From positions 22,382,001 through 22,446,000 of the forward strand of contig OZ116709.1 of NCBI GenBank assembly GCA_964199315.1: 64,000 nucleotides of DNA, written 5' to 3'. Below, piece after piece: positions 37,812 through 50,700 of this stretch. The notes below the pieces were generated by a model. The model made no database searches and was not told the origin of the DNA. It saw only the letters and a program-made list of their open reading frames with translations. Position 1 is the stretch's first letter, and the number at the start of each line of letters is the position of its first letter. The position numbers were made by a program, and so were the translations under genes. This DNA comes from Orbicella franksi (Eukaryota).

Positions 37812-38793
37812 TGTGGCGTTCACGGTCGTTTTCAGCGAGCTAATTCGATTCTATCAGCTCTTGTCGACCTCGCTAGCCCAAATTCTGCCTCTTTCTCTCG
37901 TGAAGTGTCGTCAGAAAAATTTCCGTTTGTTGCAGCCATGCACAAGGTTGAAGCTGCTAGTGAAAATGATGTCAAGATTTCAACACACCTATACAAATTT
38001 TCACCATGCTTTTTGATTTAATTTTCAAAGCTGCACGTGAACAGTTGTGATATGAAGAAAAAAATTCGGGTGATAAACATTCTTGTTTATCTTTTAATTT
38101 TTCACTTCAAATGTATTTTCGTTCTTATTTTTATTTATTTATTTTTTGTTGTTGTATAAATGATAAAAGTCAAAGAATAGGTGAACTGTGGTCCCCAAAC
38201 AACGTTTTCCTTTTTAACTCGTAATTTATCAGTTTTTTCTGAACTGCCAGGCCATTCAACTAACTCTTTAAAAAGTAGCTGAAATCACAGAGTATTGAGA
38301 GCACTACGGTTTTTGCACATGTGTGATTATCGCGAAATGAATTTACAACTCACATAAGTCACGAGACGAAAACAAAAACAGGAACTTTTCTTTTTACGTC
38401 AAGCGAAACAGACAGTTCAAACGTACACAATTCTTTGAAAGATAAATACAGCTCATTATTTTTGCAAAGTTTTATTAATTTTCTTAAGAAAGGCAGATGC
38501 CGTTTCAACAGGAAAATAGTGAAACGCATAATTTTTTGTCCAGACTCGGTAAAAATGGCACCGTTGCAAAACATCTCCTGGCCTAGGAAAGCTAGCGTAG
38601 TAGGCTGGTGGAGATTTAGAGAGAGTTAAAAAACGCTAGAAAATACACTGATTTGGGTGACAAATTTTCCAAACCCGCTGTCTTCGAGAGGAGAGGTTGA
38701 GTAAAGGAAGCAAGTAAAAGCCTGGGGAGATTAGGATACTTAGTGACTGGTACATGACGTATCTTTAGCTTTATGCAGCTGGTCAAGACGGCG

Positions 38794-38805
38794 TTTGGCG
38801 GGAAA
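38794..38805. promoter_or_regulatory. Candidate E2F site in the divergent DNA2 / CaaX-gene promoter
   Basis: TTTGGCGGGAAA about 130 nt upstream of the DNA2 ATG. Confidence 0.45.
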
Positions 38806-38936
38806 TTCGCCATCTTTCCATTTCGCTCCAAGCGGAGATGGTTTTGCAATATTCAAGCGCTTAGTTTTTGCTATAAGCTGATGTTGACCCGAGACAATTT
38901 GAACGTTTTCCATCTCCTTGCTCTCTGAAGAGAGCA

Positions 38937-41900
38937 ATGGGCAAAGCGAGGTTGAGCAGGGCGACTGGAAAGAGAGCAAGAAGCAGCTCAGAGGAAGAGG
39001 TTAGTTTGGTTGATTAAGATCGCGATTAACGCTACATTTCCATAAGCTTACTGAAAGCTTACCTTCTCGGCACTTTTTTTTACTCGCTCAGGAAAAAGGC
39101 CCTGCTCAGCAAACCATCAAAAGTTATTTCAGTGCAAAGGTAAGCTTAATATGCCTGGGATAAATTCTAATTATACTGCATTCAATAGTTTACAGACTTA
39201 CTGTTTGAATGAAGTCTTACCGTTCTCTGTCTTCCTTCTTAAACCTTATGCCTAATAGTTAAGCTTAAAAGTGCATATGAGTGCTAGACCAAAGCCAACT
39301 TGTATTTCCCACAACTGAAACACTGTCTTCAATAAGAGCGGTTTCGATTTAATCGCTGGTCAGGGACATTACGTGAAGACTCTGACAGCGCTTCTCTCCA
39401 CCCAGATAAATAAATGGGTAGCACCAGTAAAGAAAATGCTGTAGGTGACCTTGCAGTGAACTAGCGTCCCATCTAGGCGCAGGAGGGGGGAGGTGTTGGG
39501 AAGAAGAAAATAAATATTCCTAGTTGCTTGATGCTACTGATGAAGCACAATTTTCCATGTCAGATATGCAACCAGCCAAAAAGGCCAGATGTGAACATGT
39601 ACGGAAATGTCCTTTTTTTGGTGTATAAAATGATTAGGATTCAGAGAACCAGGGGCCTGTTTCTTGAAAGCCCCAGAAACCTTTTGGGCCAGCAAAGCCA
39701 TTTTTAGTTAATCTGTATCCAAATGCAAAGTGGCGTGTATGCTTGAAACTTCTCATGTGAAGGGAACCTCTGTTCATATTAAGAATATGTGAATAAAACT
39801 GCTCTGTAATCATTTGAGATTTTTTGGGGTTTGAGATTTTACTATGGCTTTCCAGCTACGAAACAATTTGGGACCCTCAAGAAACGGGCCCCAGGTTGAC
39901 CACATTCCCCACCAAAAATTCCTAAGAGCATTACAACCCTAGCTAAAAGGAAAGAAAATTTGACAACTCTTAAAGGAATGATAGCCTCAATACCCCAATG
40001 CTTTAATGAAATGAAAAATTAAAATGAAATCCTCAGTCATTATAGAGCTTTGAATGTTAAAATATTGTTAAAAAGACCAAAAAGATGCTTAATGGCAGTA
40101 TGGTTGATTATACCGCCATTTAGCATCTTTTTAAAAAATATTTTCAACATTTACTTGTAGTTTAAAAGATGCTACGCAGTTTCTACATTACTATTCAATA
40201 TTATAGAGCTTTGCACTGATTAACCTAAATCTTTGTAAAGCAAATAAATTAACAAGTGATAACGTATGTTGTAGGAAACTTATCAACTTTGGACAACTAT
40301 AGGACAAGAATCCAAAGGTTGGCCAGTTTTAGTAACTTTCTTGAATAATCATCGAATTATTTCCAGCAATTTTTTACTGCAAGGCTGTGGTCTATGAAAA
40401 ATTATGAGGAATCCAAAGGTTCCTAACCATGAAATCCTGTGTACCCAGAACTTAAACTTATACATGTATCAAAAAAGTAAGTTTTTCTAGTCACCCAAAG
40501 GCAAGAGTTAGTCACCTGTGGCACCTGGGTGTTTCTAGAGCACAGCCCTGTATTGTAAAGCACTGTATAGTAGAATTTCATTAGGTTACTGTGGTGCAAG
40601 TTTACTTTTTGTTGCTTTATTTAGTGAGTTCTAACTTAGTACATGCATCCATATAAATTCTCAATACTATTCTTCTAGGAAATGGATCCAGGAAGAGCCT
40701 CAAGCTATCAACAAAAAAGGTACAACTTTACAAGTAAATATCATTGGATCATGTGTATGACTTGTTGACCGAGTGTCGGTCAATATATTGGCTGATGTGT
40801 TGTTATTATTCAGCTTTGGGTGTCATCCAAATATTGTGCTCTATGTTCTCAAACTCATTAATAATTCATCAAGTTTAAACAAAGGAAATCATGACTGTGG
40901 CAGTGTTTGGATATTTGATCTTAATTAGCATAGATTTTTACGATTTTATTTCTCCGTTTTCTCCTTTGTTTTCGTTTCGATTGAGAAGATATATCAAACA
41001 CTCAAGATAGTGTCTGACCACATTTCCAAACACCTTGAACTTCGTCAAAAATACTCCGCTGCGTGTCATATTTTCAACTCTCTTCTCGGTGTTTGGAAAT
41101 GTGGTCAAACATGGTCTTTCATGTTTCATATATTACTTGAAAGATATGTGCATGACTTGTAGACTTATTGAGGACTGTACCAGTTTGGAGAAAAAGAAGC
41201 CCAAGTGTTTTTGGTACAGTGAAGTCCATATTTTGGAAACATAAATACCTCCATTTAATAAGTACTACAAGTTATGGAAAATGCACAATAAGATACCAGG
41301 GTCCATATACAGTTGTATCTGATCAAAAATTAGCGAGGAATTAAGGACATCACCAACCCTCATGACGTTTAAGACGAGAATGAGACAAATTGACCTTTCA
41401 GACCTCATTGACAACAATCTAGCAGTTCCTGGAAACTATGTAAATCGTGAACAGAATCATTTTTATATTATTATCGTGGTGTAATTAAGTATTTATCAAC
41501 TTCAATATTTATTTATTAATTTTTGTAAACCAGTCATTAGGTATTGACTTTAGTTAGGTGTCCCCAATTAGCTAATCTATAGCTAAATGCACATTGACAC
41601 ATTAATAAAGTTTTCATTCATTCATTTATTCATTCATAACACATAGAAAATAGTAATTATTTCCCAAGGTTCAACTGCATAACAAGTTTTAATTAATAAC
41701 TATTATTAAACTTGTTATTCAGTTGGATCTTGGAAAATGAAAAATAGTTCAAGAGGTCAGGGTTCAACTAGATAACTGGAAGCAACTGACTGAAAAAGCA
41801 CACCTAAGGGAAAATGATCTGGGTTCAAGATAGCAGGGAGTTTGAGATAGTGAGGTGCTACTATAGTAATTGTATTTATCACAAAATTTCAAATGTTGCT

Positions 41901-44709
41901 GTTTAGAGTGTTCAATGCAGTTAGCTACACCTAGCTAGTTCACAGGCATGTCACTTAAAGTGCCTATGAATTGAAATTTTTTTTGCGTTTATCTGTCGCT
42001 TGTTATGTCTACTTTTCAAAACTGTGTAAAGCAAATAATGTTACGAAGAGAAAAATCTGACTTTTTGCTGCCCAAAGTGAGCTTAGTATAGCAAAACAGT
42101 GGGTTTGGAGACTGGCAACGAGTTTACAAGTGATGATGTACATGTAGTTAACAACTGCATCGCAAAATGGAGGCTGGGTGCCTGTGATATCCAGGAGCTT
42201 CCACTATTGGCAGCCAGCTCCTAGATGGAGACTGCTCCCATGGCTGGCAAATCCTGGCAAGCCAGCCATGAGCCCCCACGCAGAAGGGAGAGCAGGCACC
42301 CGTCACACTGTGTGAACAGTGGAAAAGAGGGAGGGAAATGGGGGGGAGGGAGGAAGCCTTGAAGATGAGGTCCCATGAACTGCCACGCAAATAACACGCT
42401 AGCGCCTGTAACGCTAAACACACTTCAGTCAAAGAGCACATGGGATCTGGCGCATGCCCATGTATGAAACGCCGCTGACTCCAGACAACACTGGCGCTCT
42501 TTGTTGTTAACTCCGTTAAATTGCATTTAACTGCATGAAATTGTTCCAGCGATTTGTTTACCTTACTTTGCCTCTGTAGCTACGTGAATTGCCAGAGGAG
42601 ATTTCTTCAAAGTTTGCTATTTTTTTGCAAGTAAAATGTCAGATAGTGATGGATATATGTCCTCCAGTGAAAGTTCCAACGTACAAGAGCCAGAAAGTAA
42701 AGATGAAGTCGTCTCAACAATTTCCTACATCACAACCTTGTAATACATTCATTTTGGCTGCGTGCAAAATGGACCCACTTTTGGTTGTCAAATTCGAACT
42801 TTGGGCAGCAAAAAGTCAAATTTTTCTCTCTTTAACATTATTCGCTTTTGGCAATTTCGAAAAGTAGACATACATGTAACAAGCGACAGAAAAACACCAA
42901 AACACTTTTCACTTCGTAGGCACCTTAAACTAAAAGAAACAAATATATTAACTAAACATAGCTTAAAAATCCAACTGGTAGGAGGCAGACCAGTTGGCTA
43001 TGTTACTAGCATGACTGAGGAGTTGAACTAGGGTCTAGTGAGAAACAATTTCAGCTAAGTGGTCAGAGCGGGACATGAATCCATGACCTTTGGATTTCAA
43101 GTCCTGCTGACCCTAACCACTTGGCTACACTGCTTTCTCACAGATGTACATGTACTGGAATGACGTCAAGTAACAATTTAACATTGTTATCAGGCTCATG
43201 ATGAATGAATTTCTATTCAAAGTTAACAATTTCAGTTAACACATTTGTTATGTATTGTATTTTCAAGGTCACAATAATTCCATTTTTGTAGTGATTACTT
43301 ATTCTTCTGGTGTACGAAACATTTGCATTGAAGAAGTTTCTGTTTAAAATGCTGTTAAATTGAACTTATTTAATCATTTTATATCTAAAACTCATTTACA
43401 GTATATTGTTAGCACAGCCATCTATCTTTCTGGCTGGCTTAGTGGCAAAGAAGAAGCTGCTGTGTTCTTATGTGCACACAAATTACAGTATGCACAGAAT
43501 TGTGCTCAGTAAGGACGCACTGCACAATGCAGTGGAATTACCAAATATTTCAGTACTACAGTACACTGTTTAGTTAGTTTTTCCCCATGTATTTTAGTGG
43601 ACAAGTAAGCTGCATCTTGTATGGAAATGATTTACACTTTACTTCATTTTATTGTTCTTACCTCTCAGGATAGCAAGATCAAAACTACAAGTTCTCATTT
43701 TGTTCAGAAAGACGAAACCAAGGTTATCCACAGTAATGCAAGCAAAAATGGCACAACAAGACCTTCTTTACAAAGTAACAAGAGTAACACTGAGATACAG
43801 CACTTTACAAAGATAATGGAACAAAATGGTGCTTTACCAAGAAATGAGAAGGCAAATGAAGATAGAATCATGTCACTTACCTTGGCACATGGTTTTCCCT
43901 CCCCTTCTGTTAATAATAACATAGTAAATGATTTAAAACCACCAGCACCAGCATGCTGGAGTGGAGGGAAAAAACATTCAGTTGTGAATGGGTACAAATG
44001 TGATGTCTTGCCTGATAACAATACCGTAACAGCTATAGAAGATGATGATCTCATTCCGCCGACACCATCTCCAGCAGGACAACACAGTGTCGTGAGCTGT
44101 CATACGCAATTGCGTTCCCCCTTGACAAATAAAATGTCAGTTGCCAATCAGTTATCTACCACAAATTATTATACCTCTGAACAGAGAGAGACAGAGGAAG
44201 TTGAAATGGACAACACTGGTTTTCAAGGATGTGATCCTGCAGTGAGAGATACTGGCAATGAGTCAGTTGTATCAGATTTAGTTTCACCTTCTTGCAACTC
44301 TCTGAGAACTCCATCAACAACATGTTCAACTAGTAGAAAAAAATATAAACTGTCCAAAAAGGGGAAACTGCGAAAAGTGTTGTCCAGTCCTTTAAAAAAA
44401 GCAAAGCATTTGTGTGGATCAACAGCAAAGTCTCCCAAAAATGAAAGAAATGTTGTAAAAGGAACACAAGTGGCTGATCAGAAGAGATCTACTCCAGTTA
44501 TTGCCCCCTCAAAATGTGTTGTTCTGAGATCGAGAATGAAAAGGTCAGCTGCCAAGGGATGCTCTCCTTTACAGAAGAGATTGCAAACAGAGCTGCCTCT
44601 GCCAGCTAAGGTATTTCTTGGGTTAAACACAGATAATTTTTGCATTTTTTCTCAGCAATTGACAATGTCCTGTGGAGTGTCTGACTGGACACACCCGGGG
44701 AGGGGGGGC

Positions 44710-44740
<31 letters not shown>

Positions 44741-47700
44741 CACTGTGAAGGGTATGGTTTTCAAGCAGTTTACTCTAGGATAGGGTATATAAATCAGAGT
44801 ATTTGGGTCTAGAATAGGGTATCATTTTTCACAAAACTGACTGGTTGGTTGAAGATTTTATCTAGAGTAAGGAAACCAGGAATTGCCACTCAAAAATATG
44901 TAAAAATCAAACCGGCAAGTTTAAATTTACGCAAATCAGCCTCAACAGTGTCGACAGATGGGGGGATTTGGGGAGTTTACTCTAGCATAGGTTAGCAAAA
45001 TTCAGCTGAACTAACTCTGGTATAGGCTAAGGGTTCCAGGGTCCCAGCGGCACATCCCCACCCAGAAATTCCCAAAGTATCCCCACGGGTAGACACAAGC
45101 CTCAGGCTTGTTCAGTGTTGGGAAAACAAGAAATTTTAATCAGGAAATTGCTGTATTCGAAACAACAAACAGTACTAACTTAAATCCTGCTGGCTCTCCA
45201 CATTGACTGTGCATCTGTGGGTAAAAGGAAAAAAGCACAAATTCATGGTAGAGAACTAATGAAGCTGATGAATTAATGTCACAATATACCATTTTGCTCA
45301 TGCTGGCTCCAGTCCCTTGTGGGGGCAAAATTTGATCTATTTCATGCATTAATGAGGGTATTTTTGGCCAAGTGATTACTTCCTACCCCCACAAGGGAAT
45401 GGAACTAGGAAATATTTGCATTAGCAAAATGGTCTATTGCTAGTGCTAGTTCAAAATAAAAGGTCTTCCCACTTACCCAGTGTAACTATTGGTGTTTCAC
45501 TCACCCCCTCTGTATCCCACCCCTGAACTCTAAACATTATACCACTCCAGATCTGACAATAGAAATTATTTTCTAATATTATAAAACTACCAAGTGACTA
45601 CTCACTGGCTTGCCTCAATTCCCTTTCAGAATGCAGTAAAATGTAACCTCTGGGAAAGGATGGATGAAAGTATGCCAAGTAGCAAATCTGTAGAAAAATT
45701 AGAGCAAAGGGCTTTAGATTCTAAAGAGAAGTGCCTTACAGACAAGCATGTTGAAGATAAAAGAATACTAGAGGAATACATGCTAGACACAAGCTTGGAG
45801 AATTCTTCACTCAATGAAGAATTGCTAGAATGTCTAGAATCATCTGTAAAAGGTAGCATGGTGCCAATTCCTCAAGAAATTGATCACAGTGAAATTGACA
45901 TTAAGAAATGCTCAGCAGATATAGCTGAAGAAATCACTGAGCAATTTAAATCTCCAGTTAAAGCAGTGGTCCATAAATCTGGGTTGTCACAAAGTAAATC
46001 TCCAGGATTATGTAACTTAGCTGTGCAAACACAGACATCATCAAATGCTGCTGCAAACACTTCCATTGACAGTGTTGTTGATGCAGCTGAGTTGGATAAT
46101 TTACTGGATGGTGTCGAGTGGTCACCCATGATCACTTGTCCTGATAACTTGCATAGTTCACGGTAGGTCCCATTAAGTAAACAAATAATTATCTTAGTTT
46201 ATTGACAACTTAGTGTAGAATCTCAAGTGGCAGGGAGTGGACCAGTTGGCTACAGTATTTCACATCCAGCTGATATTAGGATTATCAAGAACAATGATTG
46301 CTAGTAGTCGGGTGTACAAAGTTAGATTTTGAACCTGTGGATTTTATAGCTTATTTTTACAACAACAACAACAATCTTTATTTCGTGCCCAGAAAAATTT
46401 TACAATAAAAATAAATACATGCAATGTGAAAAAATAACAATGAAAAACAGAGCACAGCCACTTAGAAATAGCTAAGACTAATCAAACTAAGTGGCTGGGC
46501 CAAGCGGAAAAAATATTGCAATAAAGTTACAGAATATATGAAAAAAAAAAAACAGGACACGATTTCATTTACACACACACACAGACACAGACACACATAC
46601 AGAGAATGAAAAAGAAAAAAATGAATGTGCACACCTGCTTATGTTACATTTAGCAATGCAAATAAAATCTGTATAATTCCAAAGCAACCCCATTACAACT
46701 AACAACACCCGTCATTGCATAAAATCTGAGAAAATCCTTCACCTGCTTTATTTTTTAGCAAGAACAGTTCATGCAAAGCACTCTTCTCCCCTGACAAGGG
46801 TAATGAACAGGACAATGAGATCTCCAAGGACCTTCAAAATAAATGCTCACTCGCTAGTAATGCTAGTCTCTCCTCATCGGGAACTGCTGGCTACAGTCGC
46901 TTCTTGGTGCTGGAGGTGTCACGCCGAGAGTTGATGGGTGAAGAAGTTGTGGCTAAGTACGGGAGGCAGTTGTCAGAGAAGGTCCTTAGACTGTTTGAAG
47001 AAACCTTAAGTCAAGAGAAGTTCTGCAGTCTGAGAGAAGAGTGGGAGATGAGTGAGGTTGAACCTGGCGATATTGTTCATATTACTGGTATGGATATTTT
47101 TCATTTTTAACCTTTAATCATTGAACAGTCTAAGGCCCAGTTCAGACATTGTGCCTCTGCCATGCCAAACTAAATTCAGGAATTAAGTTCGAAAAAAGCA
47201 CAGCAGCAGCACAGTGTCTGAATCAAACTTTTGAATTAAGTTCCCCAAGCAATTAAGTTCGACAAGCTCTGCTGTGCTACATGACTGGAGCGATTCAAAT
47301 ATTTTGCTTCTGCCACGCTAAACAAAATTCATAAATTACATTTATATAATGTATTTTATATAATGTAATGTATTTTGGCGAGATTGCATTCCCACGGGGA
47401 GCTAAGAGGTGAATTGTTACAAGGCATCAGTAAATCCTGAATTTGGTTCAACTCTGACACAACGTCTGAATCAGAGTTGTTTTCCTGCTGTGCTACAGTC
47501 AAACCAAATTGCAATTAAGTTTGGCATGGCGAAGCACGACGTTTGAACTGCGCCGAGCATAATTTTGATGGTACCTAACTCTTAACAGTTCTCTACAGCT
47601 GGAAGTAGTGCTACACTGTACTCCCACCAGATAGGATGCCATCCCTTTGCAGGCATTTAGCCAATATCATGTTAAGCTCCTGTAACAGGTCACTGGTAAC

Positions 47701-50700
47701 AATGTTTACTCCTGGGTAGCAGGGGTTTCATTAATGCTTTCAGCAGGAGGGTAACTGGTTTTCTCAGATGGGAAAAATTATTTGAACAGAACTTCTTCAT
47801 AAGAAAAACTTTCCAGTAGATGGTCAAACCAGGCAAGCAAAATCATCCTCTCAGCTGTCAATTTGCCCGGTGCCCGGCCCTTAATGAAACCTCTGTAGTA
47901 GAGGTAGAATAGAGTGCCCTGCCTAAGAATACAACACAGTAACCCTAACTAAAGTTAGAACTAAGACAACTTGACCAAGGTTTCAACATTTTAATGATTT
48001 TAAGCCTTTACCACTCCCACACCTTGCCATCACCCTTGAGCGCCATAAATTATGTTTCTCTTTTTAGTGCGCAAAGAAAATCAGTTTTCCAGGGGAAAGC
48101 TATAGCTGGGATCTACTAGTCTGACCATCATTTCACTAGCCTGGATAAAATTTTGTCAGTGCTAGTACGATTAATTGATTAAAAATCAGAAAGAAATCTG
48201 TTCCTAATAGTGCTTCTAAATTTGAATTTTTCTCTAATTCTACCCTAAAAAACTTCACTTGACCATCAGTTGGAGGATAGAATGAAGTAGCCAGACTGCA
48301 AAACCCCAACCTGGGATATTGGACAACACATTCTTTGAATGCTACTTTTGGAATATTTATTTTTTCAGTCATACTTTGTAAACCATCCATAGATATTATT
48401 TTGTCATCTTTGATCAGCTTTTCCTCTTTCTCTCTTTACCATGAACTACCCCTGAAATACATCATGTAGCATCTTTTTTTATAATGTATCTTTTCTTGAA
48501 ACCATCCGCTCTTAATGCATTTCTTTTACAGGGACTTTTGACTCCAAGACAGGCATGTGTATCCTTGACAACTCATCTGACCATTACCTTGTTGTCCACC
48601 CTGATACTTTAGTATCTGGAACTACTGTTTCCATGGCAACTAAGTGTTTGCGGCAAAGCATACTTAATGAGCGATTCCGAACTGAAGGCCAAAGTGAAGC
48701 CATGTTGATTGGAACACTTCTTCATGATTTGTTTGACCTAGCTATAGAATTTAATGGTGAGTATATTTCCAAGAATTATCCTCCAGACTTAAGTTCTTAC
48801 TTCTAACACATCCTAGTGGCATTACATTGAATCTTTCTTTTAATCTTTTGTCCCCTTTTTTAAAACTATTTTATCAAACATCAGACTTGTTTTTTGATGC
48901 AGAGTTCATAGTTTCATCATACTTCATTCCTGCAATATTTTTACTTCCAAGCTCAGTTCACCTAATCATTCATAGTGCAGCGAGGCTAGCAAATCTTGTT
49001 TGTGATTGGTCATCACATTGACAACTACATGCATCAATGATTAATATCATTCTCAGGACTTGACACTAAGGTTTTACACCACTTTCCACTTTGGAAGGTA
49101 GATTTCAAATTTTACTTTCCATCTCAAATTTTACTCTCTTAAATGGAGTGTGGTATCATAACTGCTAAACATGATAAATTTATTTAAAAAGTATTACCAT
49201 ATCTTATAGCATTGATATTTTTGGATATTTTTTAACAATCCTTAGTCATTAAAATTGGGGCCTCTCATCCTCATTCCACTAACCCACCACATTTGCAGTC
49301 CTAGTATGCTGTTGACAGAGGTAGAATCAGCATAATTTGAAAAGTGGCAGATTTGATTGCACCACACCAGCACCATACCACATGTACCTGTATTTATCGT
49401 ACCCAGACCTACATGTACTCAGCAGCTCTCTCAATACTCCAATATGGCAGATTGGTAAATGCTAGAACGGTGTAAACTCGTCCTTTTGCGGACAAAAAAT
49501 CATTGTCAGATGGTTAAGTTTATCATTTGATTATTTTTATACACACGTTTTTTACTTAAGCCTTTTTAGCATAAACGTTACTTTCCAGCATAGCCCAAAA
49601 TTTAATTTTAATTTGCTTCCCAGATTGGGTAAGAATTTTGGTTCATTTTCGATTTTTTACTTTCCAAGAAGTAAATTCACTTTCCAACGGAAACTAAAGT
49701 GTTATTGTCGAGCCCTGATTCTATATAAATATTATTGCATCTTCTGATTCAACTGTAGGTATGATTTTGACTTTTTAAACACATGGTACGACACCTCTCT
49801 CATTTTTCATTCCCACTTGCCCAATGGGCAGGGGCCCAGGCAAGTCATCAACCAACTAAACAAAAACAGGAAACTAAGACTTGCCCAAGGTAAGCAAAAT
49901 TTGAATGCTACTTCTCAGAAGGGCAAGCTGGAATTCAAGGGGTTTTTTAGCCCTGTTAATTCTACCTCTTGAGTCGCTGCATTGATCATGTTACTGTTAT
50001 GATTTGTCTGAAGAATTCTCCCCTGATGCCCTTCTTAAGAGAGCTAGTGGACTTCTTCAGAAGCTCTCTTACTTAGATGACCTGTACAGCCTGGGACAGA
50101 CAGAGAACTGGGCCATGGAGAAGCTCAAGGAGCATATTCCACTTCTCTGTGACTGGGCCAAGAAATTTGTGGCTCCTTTTCCCCACCCTGATGTTGGGGC
50201 CATAGATTTTAAGACCCCTGAATACCCACAAGAGGCTGAGCAGCCCAGTGTGTGTGTTTCCGCTTTGAGAGACATCGAAGAGAACATCTGGTCACCAAGA
50301 TTTGGACTCAAGGGTAGGCAAATTTAATTTTGTTTGATGTTTCAAATTAGCGGACATCTGTTCGTAACCGTCTGAACAAGCTTCATTTTCCTTGAAAGTG
50401 TCTTTCACTAAACAATGTACATCGCCCAAGTTTGCAACAATCTTCTTATGCAGTGTGACCATCTTTGCTACAAGCCATCAAATAACACTCCAACAGCACT
50501 TACTCTAAGTTATGTTCTGAGAAAAAAAAAACGAATCCATAACTTTTTTTTTTAAGAAGACATTACATGTATCACATTTACATCACCATTCTTGAAGTTT
50601 AAAGGAGCTACATCACGGTTTGCACATCTTGAAAAGTTTAGCCTAGATTTATTTTTTTCTTCAATTTCGTTTGTAATCCGCGCTAATCTCTTCCATCCTA

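Noticed and set aside
39524-39598. Candidate DNA2 exon [10 protein letters not shown]...[10 protein letters not shown]
   Set aside because: The acceptor lies in SINE-like repeat sequence and lacks a pyrimidine tract. The nearby candidate exon 40679-40719 could not be phased with its neighbours.
42966-43140. Functional tRNA gene
   Set aside because: Degenerate cloverleaf continuing into a SINE body.
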